The notes below the pieces were generated by a model that saw only the letters and a list, made by a program, of their open reading frames with translations, was not told where the DNA came from and made no database searches. From Nonlabens ponticola (GTDB lineage Bacteria > Bacteroidota > Bacteroidia > Flavobacteriales > Flavobacteriaceae): a DNA stretch of 32,000 nt. The stretch spans positions 720,001-752,000 of the forward strand of contig NZ_CP034549.1 of the NCBI RefSeq assembly GCF_003966335.1, read 5' to 3'. Made by a program: the position numbers and the translations under genes. Positions 8,495-18,106 of this stretch are shown here, piece by piece. The first letter of the stretch is position 1; each line of letters opens with the position of its first letter.

Positions 8495-9493
8495 ATGGAG
8501 ACTACAGTAGCTGCTACTGGTACAGAAGGCCAAAAATGGGGTGGCGGCACAAAGCCGCTAGGAGTGAGTTATGGTAAGATGATGATGTGGTTCTTCATCC
8601 TGTCAGATGCACTTACATTCTCAGGTTTTCTAGCCGCATATGGTTTCTCTCGTTTTAAGTTTATCGAGGAATGGCCTATCGCAGATGAAGTTTTTAACCA
8701 CTTTCCATTTTTACATGGTGTCGATGCACCTATGTTTTATGTGGCATTAATGACCTTTATTCTTATTGGTTCATCGGTTACGATGGTACTAGCTGTTGAT
8801 GCAGGTCACCACATGAATCGCAAGAAAGTTGCTCTTTATTTATTACTTACTGTCATTGGTGGTTTGATCTTCGTTGGCTCACAGGCCTGGGAATGGGCAA
8901 ACTTTATTTCAGGAGAATATGGTGCTGTAAAAACTCGCGGTGGTAGAATTCTACAATTTGTTGATGCAGATGGCAAACGTGTGGCGCTGGATGAGTTTGT
9001 GTCTGTAGGCGATAGAGATTTTGAGGCTTATGGAGAAAGTGAAGGTATATGGTATGAGACATCTGGCGATATAGGTAGTACTTATACTATTGATGAGGTA
9101 CGTGAAGGTTTCATGGCAAATCCAGATTTATTAATCCGTACCACGCAGATTGTGGTCAATGAAGAAACGGGAGCGTCTGAGAAACTCATACTTTCTCGTG
9201 ACGAGTCCATGTTCAAGCTTCAAAAGCAAGCAGTAAGCGTGGTGGAAGGTGCTAATCTAGAAGAGAATGAATATGGCGCGCCACTATTTGCAGATTTCTT
9301 TTTCTTCATCACTGGATTTCACGGTTTCCACGTATTCTCTGGAGTTGTATTTAACTTGATTATTTTCTTCAATGTTTTATTAGGCACTTATGAGCGCCGT
9401 GGACATTATGAGATGGTAGAGAAAGTGGGATTGTACTGGCACTTTGTCGATCTAGTTTGGGTATTTGTATTTACCTTCTTCTACCTAGTTTAA
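8495..9493 (+). CDS. Cytochrome c oxidase subunit III (long paralog with a ~120-aa hydrophilic insertion)
   Basis: 332 aa with the motifs FFITGFHGFHV and WHFVDLVWVFVF. A hydrophilic segment spans aa ~141-262. Confidence 0.85.
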   Translation: METTVAATGTEGQKWGGGTKPLGVSYGKMMMWFFILSDALTFSGFLAAYGFSRFKFIEEWPIADEVFNHFPFLHGVDAPMFYVALMTFILIGSSVTMVLAVDAGHHMNRKKVALYLLLTVIGGLIFVGSQAWEWANFISGEYGAVKTRGGRILQFVDADGKRVALDEFVSVGDRDFEAYGESEGIWYETSGDIGSTYTIDEVREGFMANPDLLIRTTQIVVNEETGASEKLILSRDESMFKLQKQAVSVVEGANLEENEYGAPLFADFFFFITGFHGFHVFSGVVFNLIIFFNVLLGTYERRGHYEMVEKVGLYWHFVDLVWVFVFTFFYLV

Positions 9494-9510
9494 TTTTTTA
9501 AGATATCACG

Positions 9511-9906
9511 ATGGCAGATCACGCATCACATACAGAACATAAGCTAGAAATCTTTAGAGGTCTAGTGAAATTTAAATCAAACATCCAGAAAATTTGGGGT
9601 GTTTTGATATTCCTATCTATAGTTACCATCATTGAGGTAGCTTTAGGTTATATCAAACCAGACTTCTTGAATGCAGAGTTTCTGGCGCTTAAATATCTTA
9701 ACTGGATATTCATCATTCTGACATTGGTAAAGGCTTATTATATCACTTGGGATTTCATGCACATGCGTGATGAGGTAAGTGGTCTGCGCAAAGCAGTAGT
9801 ATGGACAGCGGTATTCCTGATCATCTATCTTATTGCCATCCTACTTGTAGAAGGTGAATATATCTATCAAGTTTACAAGAATGCAGCTGTAAGTTTTGAC
9901 TTCTAG
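9511..9906 (+). CDS. Cytochrome c oxidase subunit IV family protein (prokaryotic COX4 type)
   Basis: 131-aa, 3-TM protein directly after the subunit III genes. Confidence 0.7.
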   Translation: MADHASHTEHKLEIFRGLVKFKSNIQKIWGVLIFLSIVTIIEVALGYIKPDFLNAEFLALKYLNWIFIILTLVKAYYITWDFMHMRDEVSGLRKAVVWTAVFLIIYLIAILLVEGEYIYQVYKNAAVSFDF

Positions 9907-9930
9907 AAGCCACTAATACACTAACATTAC

Positions 9931-9955
9931 AGGACGGATTTTCCGTCCTTTTTTA
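9931..9955 (+). terminator. Rho-independent terminator after the oxidase subunit genes
   Basis: The stem aggacgg (9931-9937) pairs with ccgtcct (9943-9949) around a 5-nt loop and is followed by a T-run. Confidence 0.75.
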
Positions 9956-9963
9956 TACCATCG

Positions 9964-10662
9964 ATGTCAGCAAGTAACGATCCTAATAGCATCAAAAAGG
10001 TCAACCCGATTGCCAAGTATTTTGTGCTCATTGTATTGTTTGCCTTACCGCTGGTCGCTTATCTATTTTTTCTACAAGGCAAGCATCATTTTGATACATT
10101 ACCAGTTGTAAACGATCAAGTTGCGGAGCTTAATGACTTCAAGACCATCGAGGGTAATGCAGTACAGCTAGCAGATAGCGTTACCATCATTACCTTTTTA
10201 GGAAATAAGCCTTATGAGCGACTGGGCTACGTTTCAAATCTTAATGAGAAAATCTATAAAGAATTTCACGAGTTTGACACATTCCAGATGATCTCTATCG
10301 TACCGCAAAGTGGGCTAGAAGACATTGCCGAGATTAAATATCAAATGGCAACTAATACCGATGTTGAAGACTGGCACTTTATCACAGCGACTGATGAGCA
10401 GATTAATAATTTCGTCAACTCACTAGAAGTACAGAAAGAATTGAATACTGATTTATCATCAGATTTTGCCTATGTGATCGATAAAAATGCAGCACAACGT
10501 GGCAGACCTAAAGATGATGAGGAAGACGCCGTCTATGGTTATGATACCAGCTCCATCAATGATTTACAAAAGGTCATGATTGACGATGTGCGCGTTTTGT
10601 TAGCCGAATATAGATTTGCCTTCAAAGAAAATCGGGACAATAAATTAAAGGACGATGAGTAA
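9964..10662 (+). CDS. Membrane-anchored SCO/thioredoxin-fold-like protein lacking the CxxxC copper site
   Basis: 232 aa with an N-terminal TM helix. By eye it aligns with the downstream SCO protein (WHFITATDE versus WYFLTGDK). The CPTIC position reads KPYERLG instead. Confidence 0.5.
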   Translation: MSASNDPNSIKKVNPIAKYFVLIVLFALPLVAYLFFLQGKHHFDTLPVVNDQVAELNDFKTIEGNAVQLADSVTIITFLGNKPYERLGYVSNLNEKIYKEFHEFDTFQMISIVPQSGLEDIAEIKYQMATNTDVEDWHFITATDEQINNFVNSLEVQKELNTDLSSDFAYVIDKNAAQRGRPKDDEEDAVYGYDTSSINDLQKVMIDDVRVLLAEYRFAFKENRDNKLKDDE

Positions 10663-11356
10663 AAAAAGCGATACGCCTTATTATGTAGGATTGGGAATTG
10701 TCATATTGATATTTGGATACTTTGCAGTGACTAACGTGATCGATTACATAGAGAAAGACAAAGTAGTGGATAGTAATCGTAGCGTCGATAGAGATCCAGT
10801 CGCAGATAAATTTCTCGTCAAATTCAACAAGGTTCCAGACTTTGAATTTATAAACCAAAATGGTGATACCGTCACGAATGAAACGCTTTTAGGTAAGGTC
10901 TATATCGTGGATTTTTTCTTCACCACTTGTCCTACTATCTGTACGCCCATGAGTCGCAATCTCTCGCAGGTTACCGATAAGCTTTCTAAATATGATGACT
11001 ACAGGTCTGTATCCATAACTATCGATCCACAAAATGATACGCCAGCCGTGCTTAAAGAATATGCTGATAGGTATCAGGCAAATGACACTACTTGGTATTT
11101 TTTGACAGGTGATAAAGCGGCCACCTATGAGCTGGTCCAGAAAGGTTTCAATTCTTATGTTGGTGAAAGCGATGACCCAGCTATACGATTTGAGCACAGT
11201 GGTAATTTTGCACTGGTAGATCGCGATGGATACATAAGATCACGCAAGGATGCTCAGGGAAATCCTATTTATGTTTATAGCGGTATTACAGAGCAATACA
11301 GCGAGGCTCAATTAGAAGAAATCATGGATGATGCAGAAACACTTTTAAATAAATAA
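10655..11356 (+). CDS. SCO family (SenC/PrrC) copper chaperone
   Basis: 233 aa with an N-terminal TM helix, FFFTTCPTICTP (CxxxC) and a downstream FEHSGNF histidine. It overlaps the upstream gene by 8 nt. Confidence 0.88.
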   Translation: MSKKSDTPYYVGLGIVILIFGYFAVTNVIDYIEKDKVVDSNRSVDRDPVADKFLVKFNKVPDFEFINQNGDTVTNETLLGKVYIVDFFFTTCPTICTPMSRNLSQVTDKLSKYDDYRSVSITIDPQNDTPAVLKEYADRYQANDTTWYFLTGDKAATYELVQKGFNSYVGESDDPAIRFEHSGNFALVDRDGYIRSRKDAQGNPIYVYSGITEQYSEAQLEEIMDDAETLLNK

Positions 11357-11357
11357 G

Positions 11358-11879
11358 ATGCTAGAAAAACGTGGCCCAGCGATCATCATCGCTATTTCTA
11401 TCATAGTCCCAATCGTCGTGGTAATCCTCATGTTTTTGCCAGAGCGATATAATTTTCTAGGTATTGAAAGTGGCATGTTTCCCTTGTTTCATGCGATACT
11501 CAACGCCATGACTGGTTTACTGCTCATCACAGGTTTTAGTTTAATCAAGTCTGGTAACAAGACAGCTCACCGTGCCGTGATGACGACTGCATTTGTACTT
11601 AGTGCCGTTTTTCTAGTCAGTTATGTTATTTCAAAAATTAGCAATGAGCCGGTACCGTATCCGGACGACGCACCGCTCAAGTGGTTGTATTTATTCATCT
11701 TGTTGACACACATCGTACTTTCGGGAATCATTTTGCCGCTTGTTTTATATACCATGTATTTTGCCTGGAACAAGAAATTTGAAAAACACAAGATGATCGC
11801 CCGATGGACTTTTCCCATCTGGTTGTATGTGGCGATTACGGGCGTTCTGGTGTATGTTTTCATGCAACCTTACTACTAA
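11358..11879 (+). CDS. DUF420 family membrane protein
   Basis: 173-aa, 4-5-TM protein immediately after SCO, which is the usual partner position in oxidase clusters. Confidence 0.65.
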   Translation: MLEKRGPAIIIAISIIVPIVVVILMFLPERYNFLGIESGMFPLFHAILNAMTGLLLITGFSLIKSGNKTAHRAVMTTAFVLSAVFLVSYVISKISNEPVPYPDDAPLKWLYLFILLTHIVLSGIILPLVLYTMYFAWNKKFEKHKMIARWTFPIWLYVAITGVLVYVFMQPYY

Positions 11880-11888
11880 TCTAGTCCT

Positions 11889-12107
11889 ATGAAAAAGTGG
11901 TTGTTTCTGTCAGTAATTTTTTTCTATTCCGCTTTCGCGAAAGCGCAATGCGCCATGTGCCGCGCCGTTATTGAAAGTCAAGGTGACACCGCACAGGCAG
12001 AAGGCCTCAATAACGGAATCACTTATCTTATGATTTTCCCATACCTGCTAGTGGGCGCGATCATCTACATGATCTACCGCAGCACGAGCAAGCGAGAGAC
12101 GAATTAA
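11889..12107 (+). CDS. Small (72 aa) exported, membrane-anchored protein with a CAMC motif
   Basis: It has a signal peptide ending SAFAKA-Q, then CAMCR straight after the predicted cleavage site, and a C-terminal TM helix. It lies 9 nt after the DUF420 gene. Confidence 0.6.
   Translation: MKKWLFLSVIFFYSAFAKAQCAMCRAVIESQGDTAQAEGLNNGITYLMIFPYLLVGAIIYMIYRSTSKRETN
11931..11944. repeat. Perfect palindrome GCTTTCGCGAAAGC, copy 4 (codes AFAKA in a signal peptide)
   Basis: Read directly. The 23-nt stretch 11927-11949 is identical to 16676-16698. Confidence 0.95.
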
Positions 12108-12192
12108 CGGTTTCTTAACAGGCTAACTGTAACTATTCCTGCTTTTTAAGGTCTATTATTTTAGAGATTTGCAACACTAGACCTAACCATCC

Positions 12193-12894
12193 ATGATCGA
12201 AATCAAAGATTTACACAAATCTTATAAAACGGGTAACAACTCGTTGCACGTATTAAAGGGCATTGACTTTTCAGTAAAGGAAGGTGAGTTGGTTTCTATT
12301 ATGGGTTCATCAGGTTCTGGTAAATCTACCTTACTCAACATTCTAGGAATGCTTGACGAGGCTGATGAGGGTTCTTATACGCTGGACAATACACCTATCA
12401 AAAACTTGAACGAGAAAATTGCGGCGCAATACCGCAACAAATTTTTAGGTTTCATCTTTCAGTCATTCAATCTTATAGGTTATAAAACTGCGGTGGACAA
12501 TGTTTCATTGCCATTATACTATCAGAAGGTAAGCCGTAAGGAACGCGATGAGAAATCCATGTATTATCTAGAGAAAGTAGGACTTGCTGACTGGGCAGAC
12601 CATTTACCCAACCAACTTTCTGGTGGTCAAAAACAACGTGTCGCTATAGCAAGAGCACTCGCGAGTGACCCTAAAGTTCTACTTGCCGATGAGCCTACTG
12701 GAGCACTAGATACCAAAACTTCATACGAAGTAATGGATCTTATTCAAGGCATAAATGATGAAGGTCGTACCATTCTTATTGTGACTCACGAGCCAGACAT
12801 TGCAGAGATGACCAAGCGCATTGTCAACCTCAAAGACGGACGCATCATTGACGATACTCTAGTGAACCAGGTAAAAGCTGCAGCCCATGTTTAA
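12193..12894 (+). CDS. ABC transporter ATP-binding protein (MacB/LolD type)
   Basis: Walker A GSSGSGKST, signature LSGGQKQR, Walker B LLADEPT. Confidence 0.93.
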   Translation: MIEIKDLHKSYKTGNNSLHVLKGIDFSVKEGELVSIMGSSGSGKSTLLNILGMLDEADEGSYTLDNTPIKNLNEKIAAQYRNKFLGFIFQSFNLIGYKTAVDNVSLPLYYQKVSRKERDEKSMYYLEKVGLADWADHLPNQLSGGQKQRVAIARALASDPKVLLADEPTGALDTKTSYEVMDLIQGINDEGRTILIVTHEPDIAEMTKRIVNLKDGRIIDDTLVNQVKAAAHV

Positions 12895-14134
12895 CATCGA
12901 GCGCTGGCAGGAAATATTTGAAACCATACGCAAGAATAAATTGCGCACCTTTCTCACGAGCTTATCAGTAGCTTCTGGGATCTTTATTCTAGTGATACTA
13001 TTGGGTTTTTCAACAGGAATCGAGACTGGCGTGCGTACTGAATTTGAACAAGACGCCACCAATAGGATTTCCATCAATGTACGTACGACTACCAAAGGTT
13101 ACAACGGCTTAAACCCAGGAAGAAGATTACAACTGCGCGATGCAGATTATGACAATCTCAACGCCAAATATGAGAATCAGATTGAGTACAAGACAAGCGT
13201 CTATTCTATCTGGCAATCACAAGTGAATTACAAAACCCAACAAGGTAATTATCGAGTGCAAGGTGTCTCACAAGATCAGCAATGGATTGAAAATGCTACA
13301 TTATCTGACGGGCGATTTATAAGCCCAGATGACATTGCAGAATCCCGTAAGGTAGCTGCAATAGGTTATCAAATGAAGCAAGATCTTTTTAAGGATGAAG
13401 ATGCCATCGGGAAAACGGTGTTGATCAATAACAATGTGAACTTTACCGTGGTAGGTGTTTACACAGATCCAGGTGGAACTCGTGAGGAGACACGCATGTT
13501 CATGCCTATCACCACAGCACAGCGAGTTTTTAATGCTGGTAGTAATATTGATCAAATTGCTTACACCGTTCAACCTGCAGCAACCTTTGATGAGACGGTT
13601 GAGCTTAGTGCCGCAATGAAAGAATCCATAGAACAAGACTTAAGGACCAGATTTCAGGTCGCACCTGATGATCGTGTCGCCATACGTGTGGACGATACAC
13701 TAGAAGAGGCTCAGCAGATATTTGGCTTGATTGCCACCATCAGATCTGTGTTTTGGTTCATAGGTATAGGTACAATCATCGCTGGTGTGGTAGGCGTCGG
13801 TAATATTATGCTTATCGTTGTTAAGGAACGCACCAAAGAAATTGGGATACGTAAAGCGCTAGGTGCCTTGCCTAGTGAGATAATATGGATGGTGCTTCAT
13901 GAATCTATTTTTATTACCAGCATTGCAGGATTGATAGGTTTGTTTCTAGGTGTTGGTTTGTTAGAACTTATATCACCACTGGTAGAGACAGATTTCATCA
14001 AATACCCTAAGGTAGATTTCACCACTTCAATCACCACAGTAGTAATTCTGGTAGTTGCTGGTGCGCTAGCAGGATTTTTTCCCGCGCGACGTGCTGCAAA
14101 CATAAAACCTATTGAAGCTTTAAGAGACGAATAA
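12887..14134 (+). CDS. ABC transporter permease (MacB periplasmic core domain plus FtsX domain)
   Basis: 415 aa with an N-terminal TM helix, a large periplasmic domain, a C-terminal 3-TM FtsX fold and VKERTKEIGIRKALGA. It overlaps the ATPase gene by 8 nt. Confidence 0.9.
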   Translation: MFNIERWQEIFETIRKNKLRTFLTSLSVASGIFILVILLGFSTGIETGVRTEFEQDATNRISINVRTTTKGYNGLNPGRRLQLRDADYDNLNAKYENQIEYKTSVYSIWQSQVNYKTQQGNYRVQGVSQDQQWIENATLSDGRFISPDDIAESRKVAAIGYQMKQDLFKDEDAIGKTVLINNNVNFTVVGVYTDPGGTREETRMFMPITTAQRVFNAGSNIDQIAYTVQPAATFDETVELSAAMKESIEQDLRTRFQVAPDDRVAIRVDDTLEEAQQIFGLIATIRSVFWFIGIGTIIAGVVGVGNIMLIVVKERTKEIGIRKALGALPSEIIWMVLHESIFITSIAGLIGLFLGVGLLELISPLVETDFIKYPKVDFTTSITTVVILVVAGALAGFFPARRAANIKPIEALRDE

Positions 14135-14135
14135 T

Positions 14136-15395
14136 ATGTTTAGTAGAGATAGATGGAATGAGATACTGGAAGCCCTTAACTCAAATAAGTTAAGGACGAT
14201 ACTAACAGCATTCGGTGTTTTCTGGGGAATTTTTATTCTAGTAGCACTGCTTGCGTTGACAAACGGTTTGCGCAATGGGGTTTCATCAGATTTTGGTGAT
14301 CGAGCGACAAACACCATGTTTATGTGGGGCCAATCTACGAGCATGGCTTACAAAGGATTGAACAAAGGCCGTCGCGTACAGTTCAAACTCGCTGATGTTG
14401 ATGCACTAAAATCCAAAATGCCTGATTTACGCATCGTGTCACCACGATTGCAATTAGGTGGTTATCGTGGTGCAAATAATGTAACGCGTGGCGATAAGAC
14501 AGGAGCGTTTCAAGTAAACGGCGATTATCCAGAGTTCAAGCAACAGCAACCTATGGATATTCTAAAGGGTCGTTGGATTAATTATTCTGATATTGATAAG
14601 TTGTTGAAGACAGCTGTAATCGGTACTGGTGTAGAGAAAGCACTATTTGATATAGGTGAAGAACCTATAGGTCAATACATAAGTTTGCAAGGAGTGAACT
14701 TTAAGGTGGTCGGTGTTTTTGATAATCCAAACAGTCAAGGAGATAGCGAGGAAGAAGCCAATAATATATTTATCCCGTTCACAACATTTGGTAAGGCATT
14801 CAACTCTGGTGACGATGTAGGCTGGATGGCCATCACGGCAAACGATGATGTGAGCATGACAGATTTGAAGCCGCAAGTGCTTTCCATCATGCGTGAGCAA
14901 CGCGGCGTTCACCCTAACGATATGCGAGCCATAGGAAACTTTGACCTCGCAGAGCAGTTTGCAAAATTCACAGGGCTATTCGATATTTTGAGTTTTGTGG
15001 GCTACTTCGTGGGTGGCTTGGTATTACTTTCTGGTGGTATCGGTATCAGCAATATTATGTTGATTGTAGTTAAGGAACGCACTAATGAAATAGGTGTACG
15101 TCGTGCACTAGGCGCCACACCATGGGATATTAAGGCACAAATCTTACAGGAATCAATTGTATTGACTTTGATGTCAGGATTGGCAGGAATTGCTTTTGCC
15201 GCTGGTATGATTTGGGTAATGAATTATTTACTGGATCAAGCTGGTGAAGTAGATAATTTTGCAAATCCATCAGTAAATATTACCGTGGTCATCATTGCAC
15301 TCATCATACTAATTATTGCAGGCTTGCTCGCAGGCTTTATACCATCATCACGCGCCACTACTATGAAACCAGTGGATGCTTTGAGAACCGAATAA
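14136..15395 (+). CDS. ABC transporter permease (second MacB/FtsX-type paralog)
   Basis: 419 aa with the same architecture and VKERTNEIGVRRALGA. Confidence 0.9.
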   Translation: MFSRDRWNEILEALNSNKLRTILTAFGVFWGIFILVALLALTNGLRNGVSSDFGDRATNTMFMWGQSTSMAYKGLNKGRRVQFKLADVDALKSKMPDLRIVSPRLQLGGYRGANNVTRGDKTGAFQVNGDYPEFKQQQPMDILKGRWINYSDIDKLLKTAVIGTGVEKALFDIGEEPIGQYISLQGVNFKVVGVFDNPNSQGDSEEEANNIFIPFTTFGKAFNSGDDVGWMAITANDDVSMTDLKPQVLSIMREQRGVHPNDMRAIGNFDLAEQFAKFTGLFDILSFVGYFVGGLVLLSGGIGISNIMLIVVKERTNEIGVRRALGATPWDIKAQILQESIVLTLMSGLAGIAFAAGMIWVMNYLLDQAGEVDNFANPSVNITVVIIALIILIIAGLLAGFIPSSRATTMKPVDALRTE

Positions 15396-15416
15396 AAACA
15401 AACAACTAACAAAAGA

Positions 15417-16589
15417 ATGAAACGTACAGGAACCGTCATATTATTAGCCGTGATATTTCTCGCTGCAGCCATAGGAATTTGGTACATCTATGTCAAGGAT
15501 CTTGAGGATCCAGAGGTGTACACGACTGAAGAGGCAAGTGAGCAAACTATCATCAAAGAGACCGTTGCCACAGGAAACATAGTTCCTATGGAAGAAGTCA
15601 ATATAAAGCCTAACATCTCAGGAGTGATCGATAAGATACACGTTGAGGCTGGTGATTTTGTAGAAGCTGGTGACCTCATTGCAGAGATCAAAGTGGTACC
15701 TAACATCAACTCGCTTACCAGTGCAAAAAATAGTATCGCGCAACAGCGTACTTCTGTTCAAACAGCAAAGCTGGCGCTGGACAATCAGCAAGCGATCTAT
15801 AATCGCCAGAAAGAGTTGTTTGAAAAAGGCGTGATTTCTGCAAATGATTTTGACCTTGCTCAAAACAGCTATAATAATGCCTTACAGCGCTACAAGCAAG
15901 AACAGGTATCATTGCAAGGCGCTAGCCAGAATTTTGATATCATCAAGACAGGAACCACTTCTGGTTTAAGTGAGTATGCAAATACAAACGTACGCGCTAC
16001 CGTTTCCGGAATGGTGCTCGACGTTCCCGTAAAAGAAGGAAATCAGGTTATCGAAGCAAATAACTTTAATGAAGGAACGCCTATCGCCACGATTGCAGAC
16101 GTTACCAAAATGATTTTTGAAGGTAAGGTCGATGAGAGCGAGGTAGGAAAAATCAAGGAAGGCCTGCCACTAGAGATCACTGTTGGAGCATACAATAACA
16201 AGCGCTATGATGCTATTCTAGATTATATCGCGCCCAAAGGTGTTGCCGAAAATGGTGCCATACAATTTGCCATTAAGGGAACCTTGAAAGAAATTGAGCG
16301 CGACAGTAGTTTTGTGCGTGCAGGATTGAGTGCCAACGCCAGTATCATCCTGGATAAGGCAGATAAGGTGCTTGCCATCAAGGAGGCACTGGTACAGTAT
16401 GATCCAGAGACTAAGAAACCATACGTAGAGATTGCTACAGGAGATCAGACTTTTGAACGTCGCAACATCGAGCTGGGTTTAAGTGATGGAATATACGTTG
16501 AGGTCAAGGATGGAATTACTAGCGCGGATAAGCTCAAAGTATGGAACCCACTTAAGGCGCCACAAGGTCGTGGCGGCTATGGCGGCTAA
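15417..16589 (+). CDS. Efflux periplasmic adaptor subunit (HlyD/MFP family)
   Basis: 390 aa with an N-terminal anchor, a lipoyl-like GDxVxxGDLI motif, a coiled-coil hairpin and beta-barrel regions. Confidence 0.85.
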   Translation: MKRTGTVILLAVIFLAAAIGIWYIYVKDLEDPEVYTTEEASEQTIIKETVATGNIVPMEEVNIKPNISGVIDKIHVEAGDFVEAGDLIAEIKVVPNINSLTSAKNSIAQQRTSVQTAKLALDNQQAIYNRQKELFEKGVISANDFDLAQNSYNNALQRYKQEQVSLQGASQNFDIIKTGTTSGLSEYANTNVRATVSGMVLDVPVKEGNQVIEANNFNEGTPIATIADVTKMIFEGKVDESEVGKIKEGLPLEITVGAYNNKRYDAILDYIAPKGVAENGAIQFAIKGTLKEIERDSSFVRAGLSANASIILDKADKVLAIKEALVQYDPETKKPYVEIATGDQTFERRNIELGLSDGIYVEVKDGITSADKLKVWNPLKAPQGRGGYGG

Positions 16590-16637
16590 TTTTGTAACAA
16601 ATTAGAAAATCACCACACAAACAACCATAATTAGATC

Positions 16638-18104
16638 ATGAAAAATACATTTATATGCATGTTGATTTTGATGTGTTCCGCTTTCGCGAAAGCGCAATCA
16701 TCAACAATCACCGCAACACAAAAAAAGTGGACTCTTAGAGAATGTGTCGAGTACGCGCTGGAGAATAATATCAGTATTAAGCAAAGTGAGCTCAATCTAG
16801 AAGCGGTAGAAGCAGACAAATTGAGTGCCTTGGGTAATATGTTGCCATCACTTAATGCAAGCAGTAGTATTTCAGAGAATACTGGTTTGAGTTTTAACCC
16901 AGTAACCAACAATGCACAAACGACCACCTTTTTATCAGTCACAGGTCGTATCAACGTAGGCTATAACTTATTTGATGGTTTGCGTAATATCAGACAGTTG
17001 CAGCGTGCAAAAATTTCTGAGCTGTCTAGTCAGTATCGTCTGGACAAGATGAAAGACGACATCTCATTGTTTGTAGCCAATAACTACCTGCAAATTTTAA
17101 CCAATAAAGCAAACCTTGAAACGCTTACCGCTCAAAATGAGGTAACTCTTGAACAGGTCGAGCGTACTGAAGAGTTAATCGAGGCTGGTCAATTACCTCG
17201 TGGTGACCTACTAGAGATACGTGCTCAAAATGCCACTGAGCAACAGCAGATAATCGTAGCGCAAAACGCGGTAACTATCAGTAAGGTGAGTCTTGCACAA
17301 TTGCTGTTGATTAAGGACTATGAAAATTTTGATATAGTCGACAGTGATTTTGAAATCACCGACGAGAGTTTTGCTAATAAACCAGTAGGTGAAATCATTG
17401 CCGCTGCTGAGGATAACAGATCAGAAGTAAGAATTGCCGAACAAGACGTGGAACTGGCAGAGAAGGATCTTCAAATTGCTCGTGGTGCTTATTACCCGAC
17501 TATTGGAGCGTTTTTTGGATATGATACCCGTTATACCGATGCAACATCTTTTGATCAACGCATCGATCAAGACAATCCATTTAGAACAGAGCAAATAGGT
17601 GTGGTAGAGGAGACCGGTCAAAGTGTAGTAGGTCAATTTCCTAACACTCAGACAGTCATTGTAGGAGCAGATCCTTTCATCGAGCAATTATACCAGAATG
17701 ATGGTATCGGTTACGGGTTTTCTCTCAGTATCCCAATCTTCAACGGCTTCAGCGTACGTAGCAATGTGCAGCGCAACAAAGTAAATGTCAAGCGAGCGGA
17801 GTTTCAACTAGAACAGGCAAGGCTTGATCTTGAAAGCAATGTGTATCAAGCTTATGTGGACGTACAAGGGTCACGTAAATCATACGAGGCTGCGAAAACT
17901 GCTCTTGAATCTCAAGAACTGGCCTATGATTATGCAAAGGAGCGATATGATGTAGGGTTGACTAATGCATTTGACTTTAGTCAAAGTAAGCTGCGATTGA
18001 ACAACGCAAAAATCAATTTGAATCAGGCAAAGTTTGATTATTTATTTAGACTTAAGGTGCTAGAACTTTATTTTGGAATAGAGCCTAACGAGATAAAACT
18101 ATAG
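16638..18104 (+). CDS. TolC family outer membrane efflux protein
   Basis: 488 aa with a signal peptide and two repeated OEP-type halves. Its position in the efflux cluster supports the call. Confidence 0.88.
   Translation: MKNTFICMLILMCSAFAKAQSSTITATQKKWTLRECVEYALENNISIKQSELNLEAVEADKLSALGNMLPSLNASSSISENTGLSFNPVTNNAQTTTFLSVTGRINVGYNLFDGLRNIRQLQRAKISELSSQYRLDKMKDDISLFVANNYLQILTNKANLETLTAQNEVTLEQVERTEELIEAGQLPRGDLLEIRAQNATEQQQIIVAQNAVTISKVSLAQLLLIKDYENFDIVDSDFEITDESFANKPVGEIIAAAEDNRSEVRIAEQDVELAEKDLQIARGAYYPTIGAFFGYDTRYTDATSFDQRIDQDNPFRTEQIGVVEETGQSVVGQFPNTQTVIVGADPFIEQLYQNDGIGYGFSLSIPIFNGFSVRSNVQRNKVNVKRAEFQLEQARLDLESNVYQAYVDVQGSRKSYEAAKTALESQELAYDYAKERYDVGLTNAFDFSQSKLRLNNAKINLNQAKFDYLFRLKVLELYFGIEPNEIKL
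16680..16693. repeat. Perfect palindrome GCTTTCGCGAAAGC, copy 5 (codes AFAKA in the TolC signal peptide)
   Basis: Read directly. Confidence 0.95.
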
Positions 18105-18106
18105 TA

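Noticed and set aside
12108-12192. Terminator after the small CxxC gene and promoter for the ABC operon
   Set aside because: Only a 4-bp stem (cagg/cctg) with a 17-nt loop precedes the T-run, and there is no exact TAnnTTTG match. This is too weak to call.
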